A stretch of 64,000 nucleotides of DNA from an uncultured virus (IMG/VR IMGVR_UViG_3300029305_010146) (Duplodnaviria; Heunggongvirae; Uroviricota; Caudoviricetes): the IMG/VR virus record IMGVR_UViG_3300029305_010146. One strand, written 5' to 3'. The translations under genes were made by a program, and so were the position numbers. This document shows positions 51,201-61,031 of the stretch, piece after piece. How positions within the stretch are numbered: position 1 is the first letter of the stretch; every line of letters starts with the position of its first letter. The notes below the pieces were generated by a model, which worked only from the letters and a program-made list of their open reading frames with translations, did not search any database and had not been told where the DNA came from.

Positions 51201-53560
51201 GTGAAATAAGAAACGGAATGAAAGACATTCCCAAAGATTCTGCCAAATACAAAGAATTAACTTCTCGACTTGGTGAACTTACAAAAGGAATCGGCAAAGA
51301 TTGTTTTGGTATCTTAACTAATAATAATATTTTGGGCGAGATTCTCGGAAAAACAATCATCAAAGTATTTAATTTAGGTCCAAAAGGTTCAGAAATTGTT
51401 CGTTGCCTTTGCTGCAATACCAACCTTCCCGTTGGTCGTTTTATCAATGCCCTTCGTATGCCACCAGACCCTCCTCGTTCTGAAAGAGGCGGTCCAGATA
51501 AGACTAATCCAGACAAAGAGCCTCGAAACCCAGATGCAGAACCAAAGAGTCCAGATGGAGACCCTGAAAAACCAGATACACCAGATAAACCAGACGGTCC
51601 AGACAATCCAGACGGTCCAGACAATCCAGACGGTCCAGACAATCCAGACAATCCTGACGACCCCGACAATCCAGACAATCCTGACAATCCTGACGACCCA
51701 GATGACCCAGATGACCCAGATGACCCAGATGACCCTGACGACCCTGACGACCCAGATGACCCAGATGACCCAGATGACCCTGATGACCCTGATGACCCTG
51801 ACGACCCAGATGACCCAGATGACCCAGATGACCCTGATGACCCTGATGACCCTGATGACCCTGATGACCCAGATAATCCTGATGACCCCAAAGAAGACCC
51901 AGATGATAATCCAGATAATAATCCTGATAAAGACCCTAACGACCCAAATCCAGATAAAGAACCAAAGCCCGATAAAGAACCAAAGCCCGATAAAGAACCC
52001 AATCCTGACAAAGAACCTAATCCTGACAAAGAACCTAATCCTGACAAAGACCCCAATCCTGACAAAGATTTAAATCCTGATAAGGAAAATAATCCTGACA
52101 AGGAGAACAATCCCGATAAGGAGAATAATCCTGATAAGGAGAACAATCCCGATAAGGAGAATAATCCTGATAAGGAGAACAATCCCGATAAGGAGAATAA
52201 TCCTGATAAGGAGAACAATCCTGATAAGGAGAATAATCCTGATAAGGAGAATAATCCTGATAAGGAGAACAATCCTGATAAGGAGAATAATCCTGATAAG
52301 GAGAACAATCCCGATAAGGAGAATAATCCTGATAAGGAGAATAATCCTGATAAGGAGAATAATCCTGATAAGGAGAATAATCCTGATAAGGAACAAACTC
52401 CCGACAAGGAACAAACTCCTGACCAAGAACCAACTCCCGACAAAGAACCAAACGAACAAGACACTGATAAAGATAAGGACCCCGAAAAGGATGAGGGTGA
52501 CAAAAAGGATGAAGGTGACGAAAAGGACGAAGGGGATGAGAAGGATGAAGGTGACGAAAAGGACGAAGGGGACGAAAAGGATGAAGGAGATGAAGGGGAT
52601 GAAGGGGAAGAAAGCACTGACGAAGGAGAAGAAACAACCGAAAAAGGAGACTCTTCCGATAGTGACCCCGAATACATGGATGACGATGGCGACTCATTAA
52701 ATGATGGTGATGATGAGGATGATGGAAAAGAGGAAGAGGATACTAAAAACAATGACGAAGGAAAGAACGAAGGCGAAGACGATGATGATGACGATGAGAA
52801 TGAAAATGGGGACAACGATGAACACACTATAAGTGACGAAGAAGCAAAAAAAGCACAAGAAGAAGATAATGACAACAAAATTGAAGATGGCACAGAAAGC
52901 GAAGATGTTGGTCGAAAAGGTGCTGACGATGCCCTTGATTCCATTGACAATAGTGTCACAGAGGCACAACCAGAAGACATTATAGACACTAATGAATTAA
53001 CTGGTGATGCAGATGCAATCAATATTGACGAAAATGTCAATAATGATTTTAACAATGACGAATTACCAGAGGATGCTACCGCAACCGACGAGGTCGATGT
53101 AGATTCCTTTACAGATGATTTAGTCGAAAATGCCGCCGACTTCGACCCAAACGGGGAGATGAATGGCGGAGACGATGGAAATTCGAACGAAATGAGCGAA
53201 GATGCAACTTCACAAGCAACAGATAATGCTGAATCGCAGAACGATTCTTTTGACGACGGAAGTAATGAAATGCCAGAAGATTTTAGTGAATCTTTTGCGG
53301 AAGAACCAGACTTACTCGAAGACATCAGCGAAGTCGTAGATACAGCAGTTGAAGTTGATATACCAGATGTTCCAGAAACAATGGAAAACTTCGATGACCC
53401 TGATTTTGATGTTGATGACAGAATTGACCAAAACGAAAACGATATCGACAATGATATGGCGGCAGAATCTGAAGATATGGCAATTGAAGCAGAAGAAGCT
53501 GTCATTGAAGCAATCGAAGCAGAGGAAGGTGCGGCAGCAATAATCGCCGCCTGTGCATAA
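48242..53560 (+). CDS. Giant acidic protein with internal domain duplication and tandem peptide repeats
   Basis: ~1770-aa ORF; SD AAGGAAG before ATG 48242; (PDx)n, (PDKENN)n and (DEGDEK)n arrays; terminator after the stop. Confidence 0.88.
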   Translation: MAKHPFIDIRNLPDDMDKREAIASVREAIGDINDNPDISKIICEYDTSDGGDSKVSNYIAIGSNFTIETSNPSTIADKLGIIAEVREDGHIDNEDRITLRGEDYCSVKDVDTNITAHFGDTSSAIEAFSSDYRDDHPIVSTTRDGAVFFSNDDEKVVCRPDSDGHLSVQRIDIVTDTEDSRISVRPDRDGSAFVVEYTHMDGYETDIKVVSSTLPSFEEMLDKGASSVALDSISEAHTALDGIGDRLESVTSFADSLVSFHKEDTGADTKPEIRIVYHPDNEDLKTNVVYGRETFVLDFDQNNPDKVDSIGYRQEDGAFARFDSPETLFTAMASDFRETHSDITTGNDGKIIYFSNDTEKIACSVDSSGELIPFRIDLTEKDTDSRISITPTKEDSCIFTEFDKVGDTDIRIRAFASPDTQSFSEIVKGGDSLEIARGQLDIARDKIDASTDKLQVYTDLAESISEHRGENSDASPRVDVSCYSDSKEPQISLSCGRDEEYRIDFDKKNNPESVSYRVTVREENQVERPSICFDSRIEGFDVKEYIESKEFHEICASFSDNADASWGTREYTVGDNFVSVIDKDREHPEFKICTVELPESEDEKQDDTVEKSTVEKINEAVEKIGEVEDKIEKAGETYDPDARHDQFDVVSSLSPEAMSNLEISIDKDGNCDFSVRMPEGFEGEVFKDGENFFSDKIADGEKVHSIEIERPYATSANDTVVVKIDSGISMHTKDGDVERFNIREFDAGSGDLLTSREYVTSDKNPDIVYCVDKKIVDIRPDGSMVGVAQVTAIRNEGHGIGSMMHAGHGRTFNVIDVRSIYNLFGNPNQVSVASGVFDTSKMSIPTTDASGKPLSPTEMSSRINDAIRAGDFAAVSLEEKVETIDKSNVSFSDMYDKLCKYSENYGTLSNNIAEVSEKIAEVRQELYEAYRNPDSTAQEIKDLKSELKGYEKELNSLRSEFGGKSEAREFKFFDSFERLGNATSEIREIRNGMKDIPKDSAKYKELTSRLGELTKGIGKDCFGILTNNNILGEILGKTIIKVFNLGPKGSEIVRCLCCNTNLPVGRFINALRMPPDPPRSERGGPDKTNPDKEPRNPDAEPKSPDGDPEKPDTPDKPDGPDNPDGPDNPDGPDNPDNPDDPDNPDNPDNPDDPDDPDDPDDPDDPDDPDDPDDPDDPDDPDDPDDPDDPDDPDDPDDPDDPDDPDDPDDPDNPDDPKEDPDDNPDNNPDKDPNDPNPDKEPKPDKEPKPDKEPNPDKEPNPDKEPNPDKDPNPDKDLNPDKENNPDKENNPDKENNPDKENNPDKENNPDKENNPDKENNPDKENNPDKENNPDKENNPDKENNPDKENNPDKENNPDKENNPDKENNPDKENNPDKENNPDKEQTPDKEQTPDQEPTPDKEPNEQDTDKDKDPEKDEGDKKDEGDEKDEGDEKDEGDEKDEGDEKDEGDEGDEGEESTDEGEETTEKGDSSDSDPEYMDDDGDSLNDGDDEDDGKEEEDTKNNDEGKNEGEDDDDDDENENGDNDEHTISDEEAKKAQEEDNDNKIEDGTESEDVGRKGADDALDSIDNSVTEAQPEDIIDTNELTGDADAINIDENVNNDFNNDELPEDATATDEVDVDSFTDDLVENAADFDPNGEMNGGDDGNSNEMSEDATSQATDNAESQNDSFDDGSNEMPEDFSESFAEEPDLLEDISEVVDTAVEVDIPDVPETMENFDDPDFDVDDRIDQNENDIDNDMAAESEDMAIEAEEAVIEAIEAEEGAAAIIAACA
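51572..51886 (+). repeat. 35 x 9-nt coding tandem repeat (PDD/PDN/PDG)
   Basis: CCW-GAY-RAY units read directly from the sequence. Confidence 0.9.
52076..52381 (+). repeat. 17 x 18-nt coding tandem repeat (PDKENN)
   Basis: CCYGAYAAGGARAAYAAT units with only synonymous variation. Confidence 0.93.
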
Positions 53561-53682
53561 TCTCTTACAAACAAAGACAACAACCAAAAGGTTGTTGTCT
53601 TTTATTTTTCTTGATAACTTTTCCATAAAATTATATACTGTGTTTATGGAAATTATATCATTCTAATAAGGAGGAATATATT

Positions 53683-55950
53683 ATGAGAGGCAAAGTCTCA
53701 AAAATTCTCTACAACTCTGGAACATACATGTTGATGTCCTTACGTCTGCAGAATGTCAACCAGATTGAAGAGGATAAGGTAAACCCTAACTTTCCGCTCT
53801 TCGTAACCATTATGGGTTCGCTCATTGGTGTTGAAGAAGGATACATCATTGAAGTCGATGGCGAATGGCACTATTCCGACAAGGAAGGTTATTGGCCTTG
53901 GCAATTCAAGGTTTCTTCTTTTGATATCATTGAAGCAGAAACTGAAGAAACGATTGTTCGTTTTCTCTCCTCGTTACCTGGTATTGGTGAAAAAATTGCT
54001 CGATTGATTTTCTCCGAATTTGGTACGAACATTTATAATGTTATCGAAGAAGACATGAGAACTGGCAATCGCCATCTGACCGTCATCAAAGGTATTTCTT
54101 CTACCAAAGAAGATGCTATTATTGCATCCTATAAGGAGAAGAAATTGTTAAGTAATGTTATTAAGTTGCTTGGCAAATATAATGTTGGTGAAATAAAAAT
54201 TAAGAATATCATTAAGGCATATGGTGACGAAACCGTAAAACGTATTAAGGAGAACCCTTATATACTTGCTAATGATAAGTTTCTAACTTTTAAGGTAACC
54301 GACACGATTGCTTTTGATAATGGTATCCCGTATGATGCTGCCGACAGAATTGAAGCCGCCGTAAAAAATGTTCTTGATGTCCGTGCTTCCAGCATGGGAC
54401 ACACCTATTTAGATTTTGATGATGCAGTTTCTTTTACTGTAAATATGTTACAAAGTAATTCTTTTATGAAAGGAACCATCGATGAAATCTATGTCAAGAG
54501 TAAAATAGGCGATTTTATCTCCGAAGGCAAACTTGTCGAAGAAGACGGTCATATCTATTTAACTTTCCGTTACAATAGTGAAAACTTTGTTGCAAAAAAA
54601 CTTGCGCATCGTTCCAAATTACCATCCTTTTTCACAGAAGCATCTCCCGAACTAATCGAAGAATGTGTTGAAAGAGCACAACAAGACCTTCATGTTACTC
54701 TTGCCAGTGGTCAGAAAAATGCAGTTATAACTGCCATTCACAATACGACAGTTATTATTACTGGCGGACCTGGCACTGGAAAGACCACCACGCTGAAAGT
54801 TCTCATGTTGTCAATGGACTATCTTTGCGATAGACTTGGTAGAGAGCACCTCGTAAAAACTCTTGCAGCCCCTACTGGCATGGCAGCAAAGCGAATGAAA
54901 GAAGCGACTGGTATGGATGCATCCACTATCCATCGTCTTCTTGAATTTACTCCCTATGCTGGTGGAGACATTAAAGCAAAAGACGAAGATGACCCCATCG
55001 TAACAGATATGCTCATTGTCGATGAAAGTTCTATGCTTGATATCGATTTGTTTGCATTGTTAATGCATGCACTTCAAGATGAAACCGAGGTTATTTTCCT
55101 TGGAGACATTGACCAGTTACCCTCTGTTGGACCTGGTGATGTGCTGCACGATGTGATTGATTCCGAAGTTGTTGCAGTTGCAAGATTAACACAGACTTAC
55201 AGACAAGGCGCACAAAGTCCTATTCTCGCAAACGCAAAGAAAATCAATGCTGGCGATACAGACCTTATTTTTGATAAGCCTGATGAATTCCGCTTCATTG
55301 AGATTCCTGATAGCGACGATGACCCCGAATGTAATCGTATGCTCGAAATGACACGAAGAGTATTCTATGAAGAATTTCAGTTATGTGGTGCAGACATCAA
55401 TAAAGTGCAGGTTTTACTTCCCATGCGTAGGAAAACAATGGTTTCTGTTGATAATATGAATCCTGAACTTCAGGAGACTGTAAATTCCTGCCTGTCTCGT
55501 AAAAACGAAATGATATACGGAACAACTCACTTTCGTAAAGGTGATAAAGTTATGCAGTTAACCAATAATTATGAAAAGTGGGCATTCAACGGAGATGTTG
55601 GAATTGTTGTTGAAATCGCACCCACTACTGGACGCCTAAAGGTTAATTTCGGTGGCGAAACCGATGTTGAATACGAGAAGGAAGAACTCGAACAACTTCG
55701 CCACAGTTATTGCACAACTATTCACAAAAGTCAAGGTTCGGAATATCAAACTGTAATCATGGTTTTCACAAACAAGCACAGCCTTATGCTCCAGAGAAAC
55801 CTGATTTATACTGGTCTTACGAGAGCAAAAAAGAAAGCAATTATTATTGGCGACAGAGATGCTCTAAATTTCGGAATTGAAAATGTTTCAAATCGTAGCA
55901 GAAACTCTGGTCTTAAGAGCAGACTTCGCAAATATGCAGGACTTTCCTAA
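53683..55950 (+). CDS. recD2: RecD2-like SF1B helicase
   Basis: HhH motif (LPGIGEK); GGPGTGKTT; APTGMAAKRM; IVDESSM; GDIDQLPSVGPG; TIHKSQGSEY; YTGLTRAK. Confidence 0.95.
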   Translation: MRGKVSKILYNSGTYMLMSLRLQNVNQIEEDKVNPNFPLFVTIMGSLIGVEEGYIIEVDGEWHYSDKEGYWPWQFKVSSFDIIEAETEETIVRFLSSLPGIGEKIARLIFSEFGTNIYNVIEEDMRTGNRHLTVIKGISSTKEDAIIASYKEKKLLSNVIKLLGKYNVGEIKIKNIIKAYGDETVKRIKENPYILANDKFLTFKVTDTIAFDNGIPYDAADRIEAAVKNVLDVRASSMGHTYLDFDDAVSFTVNMLQSNSFMKGTIDEIYVKSKIGDFISEGKLVEEDGHIYLTFRYNSENFVAKKLAHRSKLPSFFTEASPELIEECVERAQQDLHVTLASGQKNAVITAIHNTTVIITGGPGTGKTTTLKVLMLSMDYLCDRLGREHLVKTLAAPTGMAAKRMKEATGMDASTIHRLLEFTPYAGGDIKAKDEDDPIVTDMLIVDESSMLDIDLFALLMHALQDETEVIFLGDIDQLPSVGPGDVLHDVIDSEVVAVARLTQTYRQGAQSPILANAKKINAGDTDLIFDKPDEFRFIEIPDSDDDPECNRMLEMTRRVFYEEFQLCGADINKVQVLLPMRRKTMVSVDNMNPELQETVNSCLSRKNEMIYGTTHFRKGDKVMQLTNNYEKWAFNGDVGIVVEIAPTTGRLKVNFGGETDVEYEKEELEQLRHSYCTTIHKSQGSEYQTVIMVFTNKHSLMLQRNLIYTGLTRAKKKAIIIGDRDALNFGIENVSNRSRNSGLKSRLRKYAGLS

Positions 55951-56038
55951 AGAACAAAGACGGCACAGAAATGTGCCGTCAATGTTTTTTAAAAATAAAA
56001 ATAACTCCTTCTAAACTTTTGATTTTTTTTAGAAAGAA

Positions 56039-56317
56039 TTATTTTTTTAACAAATTATGTATTTTATTTGCGATATCAATACAGTCTAATAGTGTTTTTT
56101 CGTATTCTGGACCATAGCGCTTTTTAAAGGTTCTATTAATAACTTTTGCAATTGATGTAACTTCTGACGAAACACTAATCTTATCGCAAATTTCATCTAC
56201 ATTATCTTGGTATTCATCTTTTGAAAAACGAAGTATATCAACAGGGTCCCATTTGTCTATAATCGTCTTGATATCATCTTTATAAGCCAAAACCTTTTGA
56301 CTTGCCACATCAATCAC
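56039..56317 (-). CDS. Small protein, DUF1871/YugE-like (tentative)
   Basis: WDPVDIL...DEY motif. Confidence 0.6.
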   Translation of the reverse strand: MIDVASQKVLAYKDDIKTIIDKWDPVDILRFSKDEYQDNVDEICDKISVSSEVTSIAKVINRTFKKRYGPEYEKTLLDCIDIANKIHNLLKK

Positions 56318-56512
56318 CCGCCTTTAATTTTTTGTGACTTAATAATATCTTTTTTTAGTATATGGCTCTTTTTTGTTTTTGTCAAATATTATTTCTATTT
56401 ATGTGTATTTTTAAGTAAAACATATGTATTTTATTTTTTCAAGTCCTATTTTTTAGAAAAAAGTGCAAAAAGAAAACCGTGCTTTAAGCACGGTTGTTTT
56501 CCTTTTTTTTAA

Positions 56513-57157
56513 TTATTGATGGATATTAAATACACCAGTTAAACTAGTATATTCGGATTTCATAATGTTGATAGTTGCTTCAACATCTGCACGCAATGTT
56601 GGGTCAGACAAAGTTCCGTCAGATTTTTCGAGATATTCGATATAAACACTCATAGAATTGATTGCTTCTTTCATCTGAAGAAGAATGCTCGCATGAGTAG
56701 ATGCCATATCTGTTGGAGGATAAATTCTGGATACTCTTTGATATGTATCTTCCATACTTGCTAAACTATTTTTTGCTGCTTTAATCTCGTTTTCGACAAC
56801 ATAAGTACCGTTGAGAAGATTTTGACCAGAAGAAATGTGAGTTTCTAAATAATTAAAATATGAAATCATATGAGAATTCATTGCCTGATTGTACTCTGCC
56901 TTTGTTTGTGGATACAAAGTGTCATATTTTAATTCAGGGGTATCTATGTTCTCTTCAACTGGGGTGCAAGCACAAAAACCTGTCACCATCAACAGTGCAA
57001 CTAAAATTAAAGATAGGATTTTTGTAAACTTTTTCATAATTTTTGACAATCGGCCTTGACCTATGTCATCCCTCGCTTTCTCTTTTAATTTTTTAGTGTC
57101 TGTATTCTCAAATACAGTATATGTAGAAATGCTTTTTACGGCATTTCTTTTGTGCAT
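56513..57157 (-). CDS. Helical lipoprotein (true start probably 57037)
   Basis: MKKFTKILSLILVALLMVTGFCA|C signal and lipobox lie inside the ORF. Confidence 0.7.
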   Translation of the reverse strand: MHKRNAVKSISTYTVFENTDTKKLKEKARDDIGQGRLSKIMKKFTKILSLILVALLMVTGFCACTPVEENIDTPELKYDTLYPQTKAEYNQAMNSHMISYFNYLETHISSGQNLLNGTYVVENEIKAAKNSLASMEDTYQRVSRIYPPTDMASTHASILLQMKEAINSMSVYIEYLEKSDGTLSDPTLRADVEATINIMKSEYTSLTGVFNIHQ

Positions 57158-57208
57158 AAAGTTTTATACAAACCTAAAGTACCTCATTTTTTGATAATTG
57201 TCAAGAAA

Positions 57209-57787
57209 TTATTCAACAACTTCATTTTTGTTTTCGTATAGTTGTTTTGCCTTTATTATTATATGATACGGATAACCAGTTTCCCTTGATATATCCGCCA
57301 ATGTTTTCCCAGATTTTCTCATAATATTAAATTTATCTTTGGTTAAATCTTTTTTCCAGTTTCTATTTTTATCATAAATTCCGTTATTCCATCTAAAACT
57401 TCTAACTGTATATTGCGAACAATTAAAAATACTTCCGATTTGTTCGTCATTAAATCCACACTCATCATATAAGTGTTTAATAACTCTCTCATCAAGTCTA
57501 TCTTTCATTATCTCCGTTTTTTCTATATTTTGTTCTTTCATTATTTTTCTCAAATAAGAATATGGTATTTTATATTTGTTCATAATTGCTGTCATTTTAT
57601 TATTTTTTAACTCTTCTTTTAACATTTCGCTATCTATATGATAATCTTCTTTCTTGTAATTTATATTTTTTCTTTTTAAAATATTGTATACACATTGTCT
57701 CGAAATTTTATTTTCTTTGGCAATTTTAGTGACACTTTCCCCGCTTTTAAATGATGTTATAATATTTTTTTCGTTTATTTTTTCCAT
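57209..57787 (-). CDS. Multi-HTH DNA-binding protein
   Basis: SVTKIAKENKISRQCVYNIL, NDEQIGSIFNCSQYTV and TLADISRETG HTH-like segments. Confidence 0.75.
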   Translation of the reverse strand: MEKINEKNIITSFKSGESVTKIAKENKISRQCVYNILKRKNINYKKEDYHIDSEMLKEELKNNKMTAIMNKYKIPYSYLRKIMKEQNIEKTEIMKDRLDERVIKHLYDECGFNDEQIGSIFNCSQYTVRSFRWNNGIYDKNRNWKKDLTKDKFNIMRKSGKTLADISRETGYPYHIIIKAKQLYENKNEVVE

Positions 57788-57857
57788 AATAAACCTCCGT
57801 TATTTTTTATTATTATAACACATTTTACGATATTTTATTCATTGAAAGGGTGATATT

Positions 57858-58607
57858 ATGTTTTATATTTTTCAATTAGGGACAGATATGCTTACCTTCA
57901 CAACACTTTATTTTATAGAACTTATTTTTCTATTTATAACAAAAGGAATCGGTGTTAGTTTCATAGAAACCGAAAAAATTTTCTTATTTTCTTTTCCACT
58001 TTTTTTATTTTGTTCTTTAATTATCAAGTTTATTAGTAAACACAAAAGATATAAAAATATGGAATTGCAAAATATTTTTCACCCAACTACCACATTTCGT
58101 CAGAGATTTGCTGAAAAAATGTTTATTATCCTATTTATGCTTTCTTTTATTACACTTTGTTGTTTATTTTTCACCGAAGGACTTGCCAGAATTTTATTTA
58201 TTATAATAAATTCAATTTCTATTTTTTCTATCTTATTGTCTTTTGTTTTTTCTTTATTTTTTGAAGCCCTTCCAGATAAAAATGACACCATTTGTTTTGA
58301 AAAAGACAAAATGTATTATTATATGCGTGTTAAAAAAGATTCTAAAAGCAATAAATATATGAATTCTTATATTATACCATATGAAGCAATATTCCGTTCT
58401 TATGTAATAAAGAATATTTTATATATAGAATTTGATAGAGCACATCCAGAATTACAAATGAGACGAGAGTTTTCAACAAAATCTAAAAGAATTGCTATTT
58501 CTTTATTAGAGTATCCAGAATTAAAAACTTTTATCAAAAAACAAAAAAATGCCACAATGATTAGTATGAAAAAAATAGAGAATATAGAATTATCTGACTT
58601 TCAATGA
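57858..58607 (+). CDS. Membrane protein
   Basis: About four hydrophobic segments followed by a soluble C-terminus. Confidence 0.7.
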   Translation: MFYIFQLGTDMLTFTTLYFIELIFLFITKGIGVSFIETEKIFLFSFPLFLFCSLIIKFISKHKRYKNMELQNIFHPTTTFRQRFAEKMFIILFMLSFITLCCLFFTEGLARILFIIINSISIFSILLSFVFSLFFEALPDKNDTICFEKDKMYYYMRVKKDSKSNKYMNSYIIPYEAIFRSYVIKNILYIEFDRAHPELQMRREFSTKSKRIAISLLEYPELKTFIKKQKNATMISMKKIENIELSDFQ

Positions 58608-58707
58608 TTTTGCTTTAAACCTATTGACAAAAAACAAAAAATATTCTATAATATCACAAAAGCAACTTTTGCTTCAAATGAAATAATATGTAAAGGAGTG
58701 CACAAAA

Positions 58708-58962
58708 TTGACTATTACAAGAATCAATGTAAAGAAGATTGAAGGTCATGAATTTTTAAAGGGTGTAGCAAGTATTGTCTTTGATGATGCATTTAAGGTG
58801 AGAGAAATCAAAATCCTTAAAGGCAAAGATGACGAATTGCATGTATCTATGCCTAACAAACCAGTTCCAAATGGTACATATGTTAGTCTTGCATACCCCG
58901 TTTCTAACGAAATTCGTGTCGCAATTGAAAATGCAATTATTGCTGAATATAACAAAATTTAA
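58708..58962 (+). CDS. spoVG: SpoVG family protein
   Basis: ITRINVKK...LKGVASIVFDDAFKVREIKI...VSMP...AYP...R..IENAII; SD AAGGAG. Confidence 0.88.
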   Translation: MTITRINVKKIEGHEFLKGVASIVFDDAFKVREIKILKGKDDELHVSMPNKPVPNGTYVSLAYPVSNEIRVAIENAIIAEYNKI

Positions 58963-58990
58963 AATAAAGGCGAAATATTTTCGCCTATAT

Positions 58991-59064
58991 AGGAGTATGA
59001 TGTAACGGTAGCATGATAGTCTCCAAAACTATTCGTCGGGGTTCGAATCCCTGTGCTCCTGCCA
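58991..59064 (+). tRNA. tRNA-Trp(CCA)
   Basis: ATAGT-CTCCAAA-ACTAT arm; GGTTCGAATCC; GCCA end. Confidence 0.92.
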
Positions 59065-59128
59065 TAGCATTATAAATGGGTAATGAAATGGCATATTGAA
59101 TAATATGTATACGAAAGGAAATTTATTT

Positions 59129-59374
59129 ATGTTTCAGTACGATGAAAACAGTCCAAACAAAGCCGCCGAAGAAGCAATCAAGGAATACCTTGTGCATATT
59201 AAAAAAGTAAAGGCTGGCAAAGAAGTCGAAAATCCTCGTTATTTTAAAAAAGCAGAGGAAGAATTAACAAAGGCAATGCCTAATCGCAAGACACGTCGTC
59301 TCGCTATCAAGGCACTCAAAAATAATCCCAATGATGTTCTTGAATTTCTCCAAGATTCAACATTGAAAATTTAA
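59129..59374 (+). CDS. Small hypothetical protein
   Basis: SD AAAGGA before MFQYDE. Confidence 0.6.
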   Translation: MFQYDENSPNKAAEEAIKEYLVHIKKVKAGKEVENPRYFKKAEEELTKAMPNRKTRRLAIKALKNNPNDVLEFLQDSTLKI

Positions 59375-59394
59375 TTAAAGGAAGTGTGATGTAA

Positions 59395-60174
59395 ATGACT
59401 TATGTAATATATGCTCTTATTGTGATTTTTACCGTACTTTTCAGCACATTGATTGGTTACCTTATTCCAATGATGTATCGTGAAAAGAAATTCCGTGAAT
59501 TCTGGACCAAATGTCCAGATTGCGAAAAAACAAAGAAAAAAACCGAAAGGTACTCTCCTGTTAACTTTTGGAAGTACGGCGGTTATTGTAATAAACACAA
59601 GACAAAAGTCAGTTCCAATGTTATGTTTACGGTGTTTTTTACACTAATTTCTCTAATTCCGTTTGCTGTTGAATTTTTTATGACAAAAAATATTTTAACA
59701 GTAAACAGTATTTCTATGTATATTGTTGCAATGATGTTGGTATATGCAACTATGACCGATTTCAAAGGATTAGTTATCCCCGATATGTGCAATATCGTTA
59801 TCTTTTTAGTTGGTCTCTCTACAATGTTCTATTCTGCAATTACAACATCTGATACTTCGATTTATTGGTTAAGACTAATCGGCATGGTTTGCATTGCTCT
59901 TCCCCTTTTTCTCTTATGTTTAGCAGGAAAAAGTGGTTTTGGGGATGTTAAACTTTTTGCTGCACTTGGGATTTTCCTTGGTTGGAAAAATTTAATTTTA
60001 GTTTTGGTCATTGCAGTAGTTACAGGGTGCATTTATGCAATTATTAAAAAGTTCACATCCGATAATCTTAAGTGGAAATCTGAAGTGCCTTTTGGCCCAT
60101 TCATTTGTCTTGGAACATATATTACAATGATGTTTGGTGACCTTATCATCAAGTCCTATTTGCAACTTTTTTAA
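59395..60174 (+). CDS. pilD: Prepilin peptidase (A24)
   Basis: Multi-TM; CPDC; TDFKGLVIPD, GFGDVKL and VPFGPFI. Confidence 0.92.
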   Translation: MTYVIYALIVIFTVLFSTLIGYLIPMMYREKKFREFWTKCPDCEKTKKKTERYSPVNFWKYGGYCNKHKTKVSSNVMFTVFFTLISLIPFAVEFFMTKNILTVNSISMYIVAMMLVYATMTDFKGLVIPDMCNIVIFLVGLSTMFYSAITTSDTSIYWLRLIGMVCIALPLFLLCLAGKSGFGDVKLFAALGIFLGWKNLILVLVIAVVTGCIYAIIKKFTSDNLKWKSEVPFGPFICLGTYITMMFGDLIIKSYLQLF

Positions 60175-60284
60175 GTATTTCACCCCGTTAAAAAATTTAG
60201 CGGGGTGTTTCTTGTTTCTTGACATTTCAATATTTATAAATTACAATTACTAACAATACCTATCTTTTATAAGGAGATGAAAGC

Positions 60285-61019
60285 ATGAAAGACATATCTT
60301 TTAAAAAAGGTTATACATTAGTAGAATTGCTTGCAGTATTAGCAGTCTTAATGATAATCGCTGCAATTTCTCTTTCTGTGTTTTCTGATTTAGATAGAAT
60401 TAGCGACAGTCGTGTTGACCAAAGTAGAATATTGATTTATAATAAAGCATTCGAAGATTTTCGTTTTACAGATTATAGTACATTGCAATCAACCCCAGAA
60501 GAAAGTGTTGTCATTATGCAGGGTGGTAAGGTAAAAATCAATCAATACCTTAACCTATCAATGGAAGATGTCGAAGCACTTGCGAGTTCTGGAAAAGGAA
60601 GATATCCACAAAATAAAAGAGAGTGCATTGCTGTTATAAGGGCATATTGCGGAACAAACAATATTTTACCTTTCCCTGCATCAGGACCTTCGTACTCCTA
60701 TTTTTATCATATACCAGAAGGAAAGTGCCATGTTAAAGCCGTATCCGATATTTCTCCTTTGGATACTGATTGGATTAATCTCAATGAATATTATACAGTT
60801 ATTTCCGAATACGTACTTGGCGATGTCGATGGCAATAAAAAAATCGAATTAAATGATTTAACTATGTTATCAAATTATTTGGCATCATCATATTCGTTTA
60901 GCGACCCTTATTTGTACCTTTGTGCAGACCTGAACCAAAATGGTGCTGTTGATTACAATGACCTTACATTTTTAGAGGGCGTCATTAATGGTAATAACAA
61001 AGTTCCTACTTGGAAATAA
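60285..61019 (+). CDS. Minor type IV pilin with C-terminal dockerin domain
   Basis: KKG|YTLVELLAVL; duplicated Ca-loop repeats GDVDGNKKIELNDL...YL and ADLNQNGAVDYNDL. Confidence 0.88.
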   Translation: MKDISFKKGYTLVELLAVLAVLMIIAAISLSVFSDLDRISDSRVDQSRILIYNKAFEDFRFTDYSTLQSTPEESVVIMQGGKVKINQYLNLSMEDVEALASSGKGRYPQNKRECIAVIRAYCGTNNILPFPASGPSYSYFYHIPEGKCHVKAVSDISPLDTDWINLNEYYTVISEYVLGDVDGNKKIELNDLTMLSNYLASSYSFSDPYLYLCADLNQNGAVDYNDLTFLEGVINGNNKVPTWK

Positions 61020-61031
61020 GGAGGTTGCAAT

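Noticed and set aside
51572..52610. Tandem repeats as a CRISPR array
   Set aside because: There are no unique spacers; the 9- and 18-nt units are in-frame coding repeats; no cas genes are present.
51088..53583. 831-aa Ser/Gly-rich minus-strand ORF and other long ORFs over the repeats
   Set aside because: These are shadow frames of the repetitive acidic gene and have no SD or promoter.
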